DNA of 64,000 bases from Kangiella sp. HD9-110m-PIT-SAG07 (GCA_003370465.1 QQTG01000031.1:52551-116550); one strand, 5' to 3'. Counted from the stretch's first letter, positions 1 to 10,867 are shown. Notes: generated by a model from the sequence alone, not told the origin. Numbers and translations are program-made.

Positions 1-89
1 GGCTGCAGTTTTTGTGAAGCACCGTATGCATTAGGCACGAACAAAACTGCTACCATCATCAAAGCTAAAAGAGTTAGTTTCTTGATCAT
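1..89 (-). CDS. Start of a secreted protein running off the left edge (MIKKLTLLALMMVAVLFVPNAYGASQ...), possibly PepSY-like
   Basis: ATG at 87-89 (minus), open to the window edge, signal-peptide-like; not in the ORF track. Confidence 0.6.
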   Translation of the reverse strand, partial: MIKKLTLLALMMVAVLFVPNAYGASQKLQ

Positions 90-157
90 TTCAATCTCTT
101 ACACTCAGTTTCTTACACAATTATACGATATAAACTTTATGCGTTAGTGGTGCTTTA

Positions 158-685
158 TCATGGACGTCGAACGTCAATCCATCGGCCTGGGCGATATTCA
201 GAAAACATAGTGTAGTGGCGACCACGATATCTATACACGACATCGTAACCGGCAATTCCACCACGCTCATAACGTGATTCATAATGTGTTGAGCAATGAG
301 TTCTTCTGTCCGAACCACTTTTTGCAATGGTTGCGCCAATTAAAGCCCCAGCCACTGCACCGACATTTTTATGGCGCTGTTTATCACCAATTTTATAGCC
401 AATAAGACCACCAACAACGCCGCCAACCAGTGCTTTTCGACGACGGTCACTTGCATCATAACGAGTTCGCTCTGAATGACAAGTTCTTACTGGCTCTTCA
501 TAGCGATAACCACGGTCGTACACAGGATTAACATCAATAACTTTGGCACGAACATAGCGTCCATGTTCATAATGACTGTCATAATGTGCGTGTTTCTTAT
601 GCTTATGTCCTGCATTCGCAGTCAAAGGAAGGATTAGCGCGGAAAGCGCAATAGATGTGATAATGAATGTCTGTTTAAGTTTCAT
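158..685 (-). CDS. Glycine-zipper 2TM domain secreted protein (YcfJ-like)
   Basis: Signal peptide, His-rich segment, GGVVGGLIGYKIG...GAVAGALIGA zipper, GYDVVYRY C-terminus; AGGAG RBS before ATG at 685. Confidence 0.85.
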   Translation of the reverse strand: MKLKQTFIITSIALSALILPLTANAGHKHKKHAHYDSHYEHGRYVRAKVIDVNPVYDRGYRYEEPVRTCHSERTRYDASDRRRKALVGGVVGGLIGYKIGDKQRHKNVGAVAGALIGATIAKSGSDRRTHCSTHYESRYERGGIAGYDVVYRYRGRHYTMFSEYRPGRWIDVRRP

Positions 686-733
686 AACCTGTCTCCTGGT
701 GCCGAGCGACAAAGCTGGCTTATTTCAGGAGAC

Positions 734-766
734 AGTTTACTAAGGTTCAACTGAATCGCAGATGAA
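734..766 (-). promoter_or_regulatory. OmpR-family type direct repeat TTCAT-N6-TTCAG plus -10 TAAACT
   Basis: Box at 751-766, -10 at 734-739; same geometry upstream of lolA. Confidence 0.45.
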
Positions 767-783
767 CCAAGTTTTAGTGATTT

Positions 784-1041
784 CTACGGTTTACTAAAAG
801 TTCTATATAGGAATAGAATAATAATAGCACCGCCTGTAGCGGTCAGTAGCGTTGGAATATTAAAACCCGTTGCCTGTGTTCCGCCTAATCCTAATAGGTT
901 ACCGACAAAACCACCAACAAAGGCGCCAACAACACCTAGAACAATTGTCATAATCCAGCCGCCTTTATCAGGCCCTGGCATAATCAGTTTCGCGAGTGCA
1001 CCTGCAACAAGCCCCACAACAATCCAAGTAAGAATACCCAT
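784..1041 (-). CDS. GlsB/YeaQ/YmgE transglycosylase-associated membrane protein
   Basis: MGILTWIVVGLVAGALAKLIMPG... family signature. Confidence 0.9.
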   Translation of the reverse strand: MGILTWIVVGLVAGALAKLIMPGPDKGGWIMTIVLGVVGAFVGGFVGNLLGLGGTQATGFNIPTLLTATGGAIIILFLYRTFSKP

Positions 1042-1166
1042 GTCATTACTCCTTAATCAATTTGATTATAGACACTAGTTAGTATGTCATACTGAATATG
1101 TAACTTGTTGATATGAACGTAAAATATCGTTAACTCTAGCCGTCAAACCGTTAACCATGTCACAGA

Positions 1167-2825
1167 TTACTTGCCCCAAATCACCACATTCTCTGACTTT
1201 AAGTAGTCATCCAGCTTAGATTTGTAGTGTTCCTCGATCTTCTGGCGACGGATTTTCAAGGTTGGCGTAATAAGACCATTTTCAGGACTCCACTCTTCTT
1301 TGACCAGTACCAGCTTGGCTAAACGTTCATGCCCTTCCAGTTTATTATTAATCTTTTGCAGAAGCTGGACGGCCTCTTCATGATAAGCATCTTTGTCTTG
1401 GAACTGCTTATTATAAATTGAAGCAATAGCGATAGGAGAAGGCAAACCATCACCAATGACGCACAAGTGCTCTACTCCTAGTTCAGGCTCTAACGTGGCT
1501 TCAATCGGTACTGGGGTAACGTACTTCCCTTTTGAGGTTTTGAAGATATCTTTTACGCGTCCCGTGATAAATAAGAACCCATCGTCATCAATCCTGCCTA
1601 AGTCTCCTGTATGGAAATATCCATCATCATCAATAACTTCTTGGGTTTTCAGCGGCTCTTTATAATAACCCTGCATGACACATGGGCTACGCAACAAAAC
1701 TTCTCCCGACTCAGCAATTTTTGCTTCGGCGGTTGGCATAGTGATACCAACCGAGCCTTGCTTCCAAGTATCAGGGGACGATGCATGGGAAAAAGCCATA
1801 GTTTCGGTGAGACCGTAAGCTTCGCAAATACGGATACCAATAGATTTAAAAAACTGTGAAGTGCCTTTGGGTAAGGCAGCGGCTCCTGATAGGCATATTT
1901 TCGTTTGATCAAGTCCAAGACCTTTCAGTATTTTCTTTTTTATCAAAGAGTTGATAAAGGGAATCTTAAGTAAAATCTTAAGCTTAGTTTTCCCGACTTT
2001 TTCCTCGACTCCCTGCTGAAACTTCAACCAGATCCGAGGTACTCCGAAGAATATCGTCGGTCTAACCGAGCGTATGTTTTCTTGAAAGCGATCCAGCGAC
2101 TCAGTGAAAGAAATAACACTTCCGGTATGAATACTAATAATTTCCGTCAGCTCTCTTTCGGCGCAGTGAGCTAGTGGTAGATATGAAAAACAGCGCTCTT
2201 CTTTAAAATCAATAAAGGCAGAAGCCGACGCTGCTCCGTTAGAAAGGATCTTATGAGTAATCAGCACCCCTTTTGGGATACCTGTCGTGCCAGAGGTATA
2301 GATAATCGTGGCGAGCTCATCAAAAGCAGGAACTGGGGACTCGGAGTAAGGCTCTTCATTAGCTATAATCTCGTCCCAATCTTTTAAACCTTCGTGCGCT
2401 TGATGACAACCTAAAGCTGGAATACCGTCAGGGATAGCATCGGATTTTTTTGCCCACTCCGGAAACTTACCTACTAGAACCAGTTTGGATTCGCTATGCT
2501 CCAAAATAGTGGTAATCGTCTCAGAGCCGGCGCTTGGATAAATAGGAACGCTTACATGACCCGCTAGCATAATGGCCAAGTCTGCCATAATCCAATGTGA
2601 GCAATTGTAAGACAAAATCGCAACTTTACTATTCGCCGGCAATTCTCGCTTCAAGTAACTCGCCATTTTGCGGATTTGTTGACCGGCATCTTGCCAAGTG
2701 TATTCTTTCCAATCGTTGCCAAACGGCTGACGCAAAAATGGTTGATGCGCTTTAATTTTTTCCCAGCGGTAAAATGCAGATAATGTATTTTCTAGTTCTA
2801 ATTGACTAACCTCAGACTGACTCAT
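1167..2825 (-). CDS. Long-chain fatty acyl-CoA ligase (AMP-binding)
   Basis: YTSGTTGIPKG, YGLTE, GYFHTGDLG and GRVKD motifs. Confidence 0.9.
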   Translation of the reverse strand: MSQSEVSQLELENTLSAFYRWEKIKAHQPFLRQPFGNDWKEYTWQDAGQQIRKMASYLKRELPANSKVAILSYNCSHWIMADLAIMLAGHVSVPIYPSAGSETITTILEHSESKLVLVGKFPEWAKKSDAIPDGIPALGCHQAHEGLKDWDEIIANEEPYSESPVPAFDELATIIYTSGTTGIPKGVLITHKILSNGAASASAFIDFKEERCFSYLPLAHCAERELTEIISIHTGSVISFTESLDRFQENIRSVRPTIFFGVPRIWLKFQQGVEEKVGKTKLKILLKIPFINSLIKKKILKGLGLDQTKICLSGAAALPKGTSQFFKSIGIRICEAYGLTETMAFSHASSPDTWKQGSVGITMPTAEAKIAESGEVLLRSPCVMQGYYKEPLKTQEVIDDDGYFHTGDLGRIDDDGFLFITGRVKDIFKTSKGKYVTPVPIEATLEPELGVEHLCVIGDGLPSPIAIASIYNKQFQDKDAYHEEAVQLLQKINNKLEGHERLAKLVLVKEEWSPENGLITPTLKIRRQKIEEHYKSKLDDYLKSENVVIWGK

Positions 2826-2858
2826 ACGTTCTTTTCCTGACTCTTTATAAAGTTATCG

Positions 2859-3302
2859 TTAATATTCGTAATACATTAAGTAATGTGGTCCGATGTTATC
2901 TATAATAAACGCTTCACCTAGTATTGCAAAATTAAGTTTACAGTAGAAGCCGCTGGCGCTTGCGCGCGCGTTACACCATAATAAATCAGCGCCTTTTTGA
3001 CGGCAATATTCTATGCCTTCTAGTAGAATTGCCTTACCGACACCTTGCCCCCGAACACTCTCCGCCGTAGCCATTCCCCTTAACCGCCAGCTTTGCTGCG
3101 CTTTAAGAACTTTTTGTTGCTCTGGATAAAACGAAGCAATGCCCACAATGTCATCACCAATATAAGCTGCAATGTGAAAAACGCCAGCACGCTCATCTTC
3201 TGGGTAATAACAGGTTTCAATCGGTTGTCCACTGCGTAACACTTGATGACGCAAAGGATAAATATCTTCTATATCAACGCTTTTGATCGTTATTTTCATC
3301 AT
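2859..3302 (-). CDS. GNAT N-acetyltransferase
   Basis: LRGMAT...RGQGVG acetyl-CoA motif, WCNAR...FY. Confidence 0.88.
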   Translation of the reverse strand: MMKITIKSVDIEDIYPLRHQVLRSGQPIETCYYPEDERAGVFHIAAYIGDDIVGIASFYPEQQKVLKAQQSWRLRGMATAESVRGQGVGKAILLEGIEYCRQKGADLLWCNARASASGFYCKLNFAILGEAFIIDNIGPHYLMYYEY

Positions 3303-3347
3303 GAACTTTTTAGATAACAGGTTTAATTAATAAGTTTTGTTAGGTAT

Positions 3348-3380
3348 AAAAAAAGCCACTTGAATATTCAAGTGGCTTTT
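3348..3380 (-). terminator. Intrinsic terminator
   Basis: Perfect palindrome AAAAGCCACTTGAAT/ATTCAAGTGGCTTTT with U-tract on minus. Confidence 0.8.
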
Positions 3381-3402
3381 AATTTAGTAGATTAGGCAAC
3401 AA

Positions 3403-3810
3403 TTATTGCTTGCCGTCATCCTCTTCTTCAAACTCTTCTTTAGCTTCTTCAAGCTCTTTTTCAGCTTCGGCTAAAGCTGCTTCTGACTCTGCTCTCGCTT
3501 CCTCTAAGGATTGCTCAGCATCATCCAACATTGCTTGAGCTTCTTCCTTCGTCGCGTTATAAGCGTCCGAAGTTGCGTCTTTAACGTCCTGAGCAGCTTC
3601 AGAAGTTGCATCAGCTGCATCAGAAGCCATTTCCTCTGTTTTTTCAACAGCAGTTGCAGTAGCGTCTTTGGTTTCTTCCCAAGCCTCATTACCTGCATCT
3701 TTCATCGCTTCCATAGCTTCTTTACTTTCTTCTTTGGCATTCTCTTGTGATTCATCACTACAAGCGACCATCAAAGTTGAAGCCAAAAGTGCAATAGCTA
3801 AATGTTTCAT
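3403..3810 (-). CDS. Acidic Ala/Glu-rich lipoprotein (LEA-like, low complexity)
   Basis: Lipobox LMVAC; GGAGG RBS. Confidence 0.75.
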   Translation of the reverse strand: MKHLAIALLASTLMVACSDESQENAKEESKEAMEAMKDAGNEAWEETKDATATAVEKTEEMASDAADATSEAAQDVKDATSDAYNATKEEAQAMLDDAEQSLEEARAESEAALAEAEKELEEAKEEFEEEDDGKQ

Positions 3811-3962
3811 CGAGCTAACCTCCTAATCCATAAAGAATTATCCTGTACCACGGAGATTAGTATGCCACGCACTTTTATTTTAGCAAAGTAAAATTCCTTA
3901 AAGTGTGATTTAAGGACTATTGGCCTTACCGCTCTTCCAGCAAGGCCAATGCTTTCAGTTAC

Positions 3963-6332
3963 TTACTTCTTACCTAGGAACAACCAAGTCTCTAGAACAG
4001 TATCCGGGTTTAGCGAGACGCTATCGATTCCCTGCTCAACCAACCACTTCGCGAAATCTGGGTGATCTGAAGGGCCTTGACCGCAAATTCCAATGTACTT
4101 ATTAGCTTTCTTACAAGCTTTAATGGCGTTAGCCAACAACACTTTTACCGTTGGATCACGCTCGTCAAACAAGTGAGAAATAATGCCAGAGTCACGATCA
4201 AGACCTAGTGACAGCTGAGTTAAGTCATTCGAGCCAATTGAGAAGCCATCAAAATATTTTAAGAACTCTTGTGCAAGAACAGCGTTTGAAGGCAGCTCAC
4301 ACATCATAATGATTCTTAGACCATTATCACCACGCTTCAAGCCATTCTCTTCGAGTAGCTCAACCACGCGCTTAGCTTCACCAAGCGTACGCACGAATGG
4401 GATCATAATTTCGACATTATTGAAGCCCATCTTATTACGAACTCGCTTAATCGCCTCACACTCAAGCTCGAAACAATCACGGAAATCTTCTGAAATATAG
4501 CGAGATGCACCGCGGAAACCAATCATTGGGTTTTCTTCGTGTGGCTCATACAAGCTACCGCCAATCAAGTTCGCGTATTCGTTAGACTTAAAGTCAGACA
4601 TGCGAACAATCACTTTCTCTGGCGCAAAAGCACAAGCAATGGTCGAAATACCCTCAACTAACTTACTGATGTAAAACTCTTTCGGATTAGCGTAACCAGA
4701 CATTTGCATAGCGATAGTCTTTTTCAAGTTATCGTCTTCAAGTTTGTCATAGTTCAATAAGGCTTTCGGGTGAACGCCGATCATACGGTTAATGATGAAC
4801 TCTAGGCGAGCTAGACCAACACCTGCATTTGGTAATTGACCGAAGTCAAACGCGCGGTCAGGGTTACCCACATTCATCATAATTTTGAACGGTAGGTCGG
4901 GCATGTTATCAATCGAACTTTTGTTGATTTCAAAATCCAATAAACCTTGATAAATATTACCCGTATCACCTTCTGAGCAGCTCACGGTAACTTCAGCACC
5001 ATCTTTAATACGGTCAGTAGCATCGCCACAGCCAACAACAGCAGGAATACCCAGCTCACGAGCAATAATCGCCGCGTGACAAGTTCGCCCACCACGGTTA
5101 GTGACAATTGCAGCAGCACGCTTCATGACTGGTTCCCAATCTGGATCCGTCATATCAGTGACTAAAACGTCGCCTTTTTGTACGCTCTTCATTTCATCAA
5201 CCGAGCTAATAACTCGTGCCTTACCTTTACCAATTCTTTGTCCGATTGCACGACCTGTCGCAACTAACTCAGACTTATTCTTTAACTGATAACGTTCAAT
5301 CACGTTTTTATCCGCGCGGCTCTTCACTGTTTCAGGACGCGCCTGAACAATGTAAAGCTTGCCATCCGCGCCATCTTTCGCCCACTCAATGTCCATCGGA
5401 CGCTTGTAGTGCTTTTCGATGATCATGGCTTGTTTCGCCAGCTCCTGGACTTCTGCATTATTGATACAGAAGTTCATGCGTTCGTTATGTTCGACATTAA
5501 CGGTATCAATGCTTTTGTCGTGCTCGTTGTTATCGGTGTAGATCATTTTGATCGCTTTACCACCCAATGTTTTACGCACGATAGCTTGACGACCCTGCTC
5601 AAGGGTTGGCTTATAAACATAGAATTCATCAGGATTTACAGCACCCTGCACTACAGTCTCGCCAAGACCGTAAGCACCGGTAATAAAGACCACATCTTCA
5701 AAACCAGACTCAGTGTCCATCGTAAACATCACGCCGCTGGCAGCGATATCACTACGTACCATTTTTTGAACACCAGCCGATAAAGCCACTAGTTTATGCT
5801 CAAAACCTTGATGAACACGGTAAGCAATCGCACGATCATTAAACAACGATGCAAACACTTCTTTCAGCGCTTTCATCACGTTGTCTAAGCCGCGAACGTT
5901 TAGGAAAGTCTCTTGCTGACCCGCAAAAGACGCGTCAGGCAAATCTTCAGCGGTCGCTGAAGAACGAACAGCAACGGCAAACTCTTCGTTAGAGTCGCCT
6001 TTTAATTTGTTATATGCATCAGTGATCGCCATTTCCATCTCTGGAATGAATGGTGTATCCATGACCCAGCCACGGATTTTTGCACCGACCTCAACCAGTT
6101 TTTCAACGTCATCTACGTCTAATCCATCTAGCTCATTATTAATTCTTTCGTTTAGGCCGCTTTGCTCTAAGAAAGCTCTAAAAGCATCAGCTGTAGTGGC
6201 GAAACCGCCAGGAACACTAACACCCATGTTGCTTAAGTTACTAATCATCTCGCCTAAAGACGCGTTTTTACCACCCACGCGCTCGACGTCGCCCATGCCT
6301 AACTCTTCATACCAAAGTACGTACTTTTCCAA
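3963..6332 (-). CDS. ppsA: Phosphoenolpyruvate synthase
   Basis: [28 protein letters not shown] phospho-His motif. Confidence 0.97.
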   Translation of the reverse strand: MEKYVLWYEELGMGDVERVGGKNASLGEMISNLSNMGVSVPGGFATTADAFRAFLEQSGLNERINNELDGLDVDDVEKLVEVGAKIRGWVMDTPFIPEMEMAITDAYNKLKGDSNEEFAVAVRSSATAEDLPDASFAGQQETFLNVRGLDNVMKALKEVFASLFNDRAIAYRVHQGFEHKLVALSAGVQKMVRSDIAASGVMFTMDTESGFEDVVFITGAYGLGETVVQGAVNPDEFYVYKPTLEQGRQAIVRKTLGGKAIKMIYTDNNEHDKSIDTVNVEHNERMNFCINNAEVQELAKQAMIIEKHYKRPMDIEWAKDGADGKLYIVQARPETVKSRADKNVIERYQLKNKSELVATGRAIGQRIGKGKARVISSVDEMKSVQKGDVLVTDMTDPDWEPVMKRAAAIVTNRGGRTCHAAIIARELGIPAVVGCGDATDRIKDGAEVTVSCSEGDTGNIYQGLLDFEINKSSIDNMPDLPFKIMMNVGNPDRAFDFGQLPNAGVGLARLEFIINRMIGVHPKALLNYDKLEDDNLKKTIAMQMSGYANPKEFYISKLVEGISTIACAFAPEKVIVRMSDFKSNEYANLIGGSLYEPHEENPMIGFRGASRYISEDFRDCFELECEAIKRVRNKMGFNNVEIMIPFVRTLGEAKRVVELLEENGLKRGDNGLRIIMMCELPSNAVLAQEFLKYFDGFSIGSNDLTQLSLGLDRDSGIISHLFDERDPTVKVLLANAIKACKKANKYIGICGQGPSDHPDFAKWLVEQGIDSVSLNPDTVLETWLFLGKK

Positions 6333-6474
6333 AGTATTTCTCCCGTTGCGGTCTGCAAATTAAAGAAAATTGCCCTCTATCCCAGCGGCTACTTGCTGAA
6401 AACAGGCGTAAATGCTTAAATTCACACACTCATTGGTCATTAAAGGTCGCCATTTTACTGGTTATTGCACAAAT

Positions 6475-7296
6475 ATGAAACGTACAGTCTTCTTTATTTC
6501 AGATCGAACGGGTATAACCGCAGAATTACTCGGTCAATCATTAACCGCGCAGTTCGAAGATGATGTCGAATTCATGTATCACACCATTCCCTTCGTAGAT
6601 GATGAAGAGAAAGCATTAGCTGCCGTAGCCAGAATTAATCAGACGGCTATTCGTGATGGTGTGCCACCTCTTGTCTTCGAAACCATTGTTCGTCCCGAGA
6701 TTCGCAAAATTATTCTTAAGTCAGAAGCGATCTTGCTCGATTTTTTCCACACCTACATTGGTCCGCTGGAAAAAGAATTAGGCGTAAGAAGCTCTTTTAG
6801 TGTAGGCAAATCTCATTCGACGGACGATATGCAGGCCTACGATACGCGCATGAGTGCGGTCAACTTTGCCCTCAATAATGATGATGGCGCAACGACTAAG
6901 CAGTATGACCAAGCGGATATTATTCTTGTCGGCCCTTCTCGCTGTGGTAAAACGCCCACATCGCTTTATTTAGCGATGCAATTTGGCATTTTCGCCGCTA
7001 ACTACCCTTTTACTGACGAGGACTTACCGAATATTAAGTTAAACGACGGGTTAGCCAAGAACAAACATAAACTTTACGGCTTAAGCATTGATCCGATGCG
7101 GCTGCATGAAATTCGCACAGGTCGCCGCCCAGATAGTAAATACTCATCGTTCCAACAATGTATGTTTGAAACTCGTGAAGTCGAAGCGCTTTATAGAAAA
7201 GACAAGATACCATTCATCAACACTACGTCTCGCTCTGTCGAAGAATTAGCAGTAAAGATCATGAATGATACTGGGATCGAAAGAAGGATTTTTTAA
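6475..7296 (+). CDS. ppsR: PEP synthase regulatory kinase/pyrophosphorylase
   Basis: FISDRTGITAE, GPSRCGKTPTS; divergent from ppsA; ATG at 6475. Confidence 0.93.
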   Translation: MKRTVFFISDRTGITAELLGQSLTAQFEDDVEFMYHTIPFVDDEEKALAAVARINQTAIRDGVPPLVFETIVRPEIRKIILKSEAILLDFFHTYIGPLEKELGVRSSFSVGKSHSTDDMQAYDTRMSAVNFALNNDDGATTKQYDQADIILVGPSRCGKTPTSLYLAMQFGIFAANYPFTDEDLPNIKLNDGLAKNKHKLYGLSIDPMRLHEIRTGRRPDSKYSSFQQCMFETREVEALYRKDKIPFINTTSRSVEELAVKIMNDTGIERRIF

Positions 7297-7304
7297 TTTA
7301 ATTA

Positions 7305-7334
7305 GTCATCCCGCGGTTAAACCGCGGGATCCAG
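7305..7334. repeat. REP-like palindrome GTCATCCCGCGGTTAAACCGCGGGATCCAG
   Basis: 29/30 identical to 26546-26575; lies between convergent genes. Confidence 0.85.
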
Positions 7335-7353
7335 TAGACAGCTATTTCTTTTA

Positions 7354-8403
7354 CTAAACTTCTTCCACCACCAGCGCCATTCTCTGCCCGATTGGGACCT
7401 TGTTATTGGGAAAAACGATAGCTTCGCCGTCATTTTCAACAATGTAAGGCTCCTCAGGGTCGCTAAGTAGCTCAAAGCCTTTATCAAAGCTGCTGAAGTT
7501 TGCTAAACCATCGTCCACATTCAGGTGGGAATCATCGCTAACTCGGAGTAGCTCTCGTTTAACCTTGAACAGCCTCTGCCCATTCGCTTTATAACGCGAA
7601 GTATGGTCATAGTTATATGTAGACTCCACAAGTCGGCGCAATGTCTTTTCCGCGTCAGCGAAATCTTCTCGGTTGTTCTCACCGAAAGGCTTCACCTTCC
7701 CTAGCTCTACAGTGATACTGTCGGCCTTGAAATTGTGACTCGAGTGATACGAGAAGACTGTACTGGGCTTATGGTAAAGCAAGATGGTGTTTACACCACA
7801 GTCCTGCATCACATTAAGTTGCGCAGGGTTATGTTCACGACTATCGAGATAGGGATAAATCGCAAACTTTTCATACTTCGATGCTCGAATTGCCGTGTGC
7901 AGGTCATAGTGAGTACGCGTGTCATTAGCACAGCTTTGTGCAAAGAAGTCGTTTATCGCTTGTTCTAAGCGCTTAGCACGTTCAACTTCACAGATCTCGT
8001 CACGGCGCTCCCAGTACTTTTTCCATTCGCCATTAAACATGCGGTTAAGGTTAAAATCGATAAAACGATTTTCCTTGAGCATCGCTTGCGGATGACCAAT
8101 CATCACTAACAAGTGGCACCTTAATTGAAGCTTGCTATTCAGTAGGTCATGAACCATGTCAGAAACGATTTCCATTGGAGCAGTTTCATTGCCATGCACA
8201 CCTGCTGAAAGCGCTAAATACTGCTGAGATTCATGTTTTGGTTTGAACTCAATAATGCCGACGTCGTGAAAAGTCACCACAAAGTCTTCAAGTGATATAG
8301 AGAAAGGCTGATGCCCTTCTAAATGTTCACGCACAAAATCTAATAAGTTGAAGGTTTTGCAAAATTCACTAGTATTCATGTCTTTATATATCTTATTTAT
8401 CAA
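7354..8403 (-). CDS. astE: Succinylglutamate desuccinylase
   Basis: SAGVHGNETAP, NLNRMF, HYDLHTAIR, TVELGK. Confidence 0.88.
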   Translation of the reverse strand: MINKIYKDMNTSEFCKTFNLLDFVREHLEGHQPFSISLEDFVVTFHDVGIIEFKPKHESQQYLALSAGVHGNETAPMEIVSDMVHDLLNSKLQLRCHLLVMIGHPQAMLKENRFIDFNLNRMFNGEWKKYWERRDEICEVERAKRLEQAINDFFAQSCANDTRTHYDLHTAIRASKYEKFAIYPYLDSREHNPAQLNVMQDCGVNTILLYHKPSTVFSYHSSHNFKADSITVELGKVKPFGENNREDFADAEKTLRRLVESTYNYDHTSRYKANGQRLFKVKRELLRVSDDSHLNVDDGLANFSSFDKGFELLSDPEEPYIVENDGEAIVFPNNKVPIGQRMALVVEEV

Positions 8404-9279
8404 TTAATCTTGGTTATTTTCAAAAGGAGGAACTAACAACTGCGGATCAAGACGCGAACTGTACCAGTTTATACGCCAGTCTAAATGCGGCCCTGTGGCA
8501 CGCCCTGTTTCACCAATGGTTGCAATTTTATCGCCCTGCTTCACTTTTTGGCCGTTCTCAACATCTATAGAGTTAAGGTGAATAAATGTAGAAGACACGC
8601 CATAACCATGATCAATGATCAGAGTACCGCCGGAATAAAACATATTATCGTAGGCTAAGCGAACCGTACCATCCGCCGGAGCGACGACCTCGGTTCCTGT
8701 CGGTGCAGCGACATCAACGCCATAATGAGGACGTTTCGGTTCACCATTCAATACGCGTTGACTACCATAGAAACCGCTTAGGCGTCCTTTTGCTGGCCAG
8801 ATGAAATCCTGCATAAAAAACTCATCTTTGCTGCTATTACTCCGAGCTTTCGACACTAAAGCACCTTCTTTACGAATTCGCTTTAATATTTCAGGTTTCA
8901 TTGGGTTAACTTTTGAAGGCGGTAACCCGTCGATGCGTTCGATATTATAATCGCGTTTACGCACCAGCAGTTTTTGCACTTCTTTTTGTTTGCCATTCTG
9001 CACAGTTAAAGTTGCGATTTCTGGCATGTCTCGATGAAAACCAAATACAAAATGCCCCTGAGGAGTTAACTCAAGTTCTTTATCTTCAAAAGTTACTGTA
9101 GAACCTTTAACAGCTTGCCCAACGACTAACCCGCCTTGAGTTAAATCGCCTTTGAGTGATAATAATAATGGTTCTTTTGCATACAGTGAGAGGCTTAAGA
9201 AGCTAAGGGATAATAAGCTAAGTACTTTATGAAGCAGTACTTTATGAAACAGTACTTTATAGAACTTTACTTTACACAT
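8404..9279 (-). CDS. M23 family metallopeptidase
   Basis: PHYGVDVAA...GPHLDW zinc motifs. Confidence 0.9.
   Translation of the reverse strand: MCKVKFYKVLFHKVLLHKVLSLLSLSFLSLSLYAKEPLLLSLKGDLTQGGLVVGQAVKGSTVTFEDKELELTPQGHFVFGFHRDMPEIATLTVQNGKQKEVQKLLVRKRDYNIERIDGLPPSKVNPMKPEILKRIRKEGALVSKARSNSSKDEFFMQDFIWPAKGRLSGFYGSQRVLNGEPKRPHYGVDVAAPTGTEVVAPADGTVRLAYDNMFYSGGTLIIDHGYGVSSTFIHLNSIDVENGQKVKQGDKIATIGETGRATGPHLDWRINWYSSRLDPQLLVPPFENNQD
9221..9279. repeat. 15-bp coding tandem repeat, 3 copies plus a partial
   Basis: AGTACTTTATGAAGC / AGTACTTTATGAAAC / AGTACTTTATAGAAC. Confidence 0.8.
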
Positions 9280-9298
9280 TCACAAACCTTCCTGTTAA

Positions 9299-10714
9299 CT
9301 AAGACTGATGACCGATACCGATTGGATCTTCGTCGTCATCTTCATCTTGTAATTCAACCTGCTCAATTTGATCAAAGCGGCGAGTAATCTTATCCGCCGT
9401 AGTATCAATATCTTTAGCACTTTTGGTTAAGCGATCGATATGGGTATTGAGCTTGCCCCAGCGATCTTTAAAGCGACCAAATTCAACCGACAACTTGCCT
9501 AAGTGCTCTTGAATAATGTGTACTTGTTTACGAGTCGCTTCGTCTTTCAAGACAGCACTGGCTGTAGTTAATAAAGCCATCATCGTCGTTGGCGATACCA
9601 TCCAAACCTTATTCTGCTGTGCAAACTCGACTAATTCTGGATGATGCGCATGAATCTCTGCAAAAACAGCTTCAGCTGGAATAAACATCACTGCACCCGT
9701 AGCCGTTTCACCATCAATGATGTATTTACTAGCGATATCTTTAACGTGCTTCTTAATGTCTTGAACAAACGCTCGGTGCGACGCGTCACGTTCAGGTTTA
9801 GACAATTCCACATCGACCATCTTTTGATAATTTTCAAGCGGAAACTTAGCATCAACACCAATAACACCCGTTGGTTCAGGCAAAAACAATGCACAATCAA
9901 CAATTTTGCCGTTGTTAAACGTGTACTGAAATTTGTAGTGACTCGTCGGCATCACGTTCGACACCAACGACTCAAGCTGAACTTCGCCAAAAGCGCCACG
10001 CGAACGTTTGTCTGACAATATTTCTTGTAGACTCACTACGTTGCTCGATAGTTCCGTGATTTTCTTCTGCGCATCGTCGATCAAGGCCAAACGTTTTAAA
10101 ACGTCTTGGAAGGTCTTAGTGGTCTTTTCAAAACCATCCGCCAGACGCTTTTCGACCTGCCCGCTGATTTCTTTTAAACGCTCGTCGGTTGCTTTGGTTA
10201 GTCCCGACATATTCTTTTCGATGTTTTCGCCTTGAGTTTTAAGGCTAATGGTTAACTCTTCTCTAACGTCTTTAATGCCTCGTCTAAACTGCTCGTGTAA
10301 CTGGGCTTGAGATTCTTTCTGATTAACTTCAATCTGTTCTTTCAGTTTAAAAATATCTTTTTGTAAATTATCTTTAAAGCCCGAAAGGTCTTTCTGCAAC
10401 TGACTCTGGAAAGCCTGAAAAGACTCGCCAAGTTTGATCTGATTACCTTGCAGCTTCTCGATGAAGTTCTCAGACGAGCGCTGACTTTGCTCCGCCATAC
10501 GATGCAAATCGGCTTTAGCGTAATCAAACGCCATGGCCTGCTTCTGTTCAAGACCTTTTACCGCCTCAGAAGCACCTGACTGCGACTCAGCAATCGCCTT
10601 GATGGTTTTGCTTTGCCCGATCACAACGAACAGCAATATGATGGCGATCAATCCAATCACGGCCAAAATAATGACCAGAGGCAGGTTTTGAGAAAGAAAT
10701 GTGGTGAAATCCAT
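9299..10714 (-). CDS. rmuC: DNA recombination protein RmuC
   Basis: N-terminal TM, coiled coil, RGAFGEVQL, VDAKFP, MFIPAEAVF, VSPTT. Confidence 0.93.
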   Translation of the reverse strand: MDFTTFLSQNLPLVIILAVIGLIAIILLFVVIGQSKTIKAIAESQSGASEAVKGLEQKQAMAFDYAKADLHRMAEQSQRSSENFIEKLQGNQIKLGESFQAFQSQLQKDLSGFKDNLQKDIFKLKEQIEVNQKESQAQLHEQFRRGIKDVREELTISLKTQGENIEKNMSGLTKATDERLKEISGQVEKRLADGFEKTTKTFQDVLKRLALIDDAQKKITELSSNVVSLQEILSDKRSRGAFGEVQLESLVSNVMPTSHYKFQYTFNNGKIVDCALFLPEPTGVIGVDAKFPLENYQKMVDVELSKPERDASHRAFVQDIKKHVKDIASKYIIDGETATGAVMFIPAEAVFAEIHAHHPELVEFAQQNKVWMVSPTTMMALLTTASAVLKDEATRKQVHIIQEHLGKLSVEFGRFKDRWGKLNTHIDRLTKSAKDIDTTADKITRRFDQIEQVELQDEDDDEDPIGIGHQS

Positions 10715-10867
10715 TAAAGTTATCGTTAATCACTAATAACGCTAGTTTAGCAAACTCTATTCAAAAAAGCAGAGTCATTTCGCTGCTTAAAATTCATACA
10801 AAACTCCCAATAAAACAATAATATAGGAAAAATCTACCGATTAATAAGAAGTTTAAATCACCCTAAT

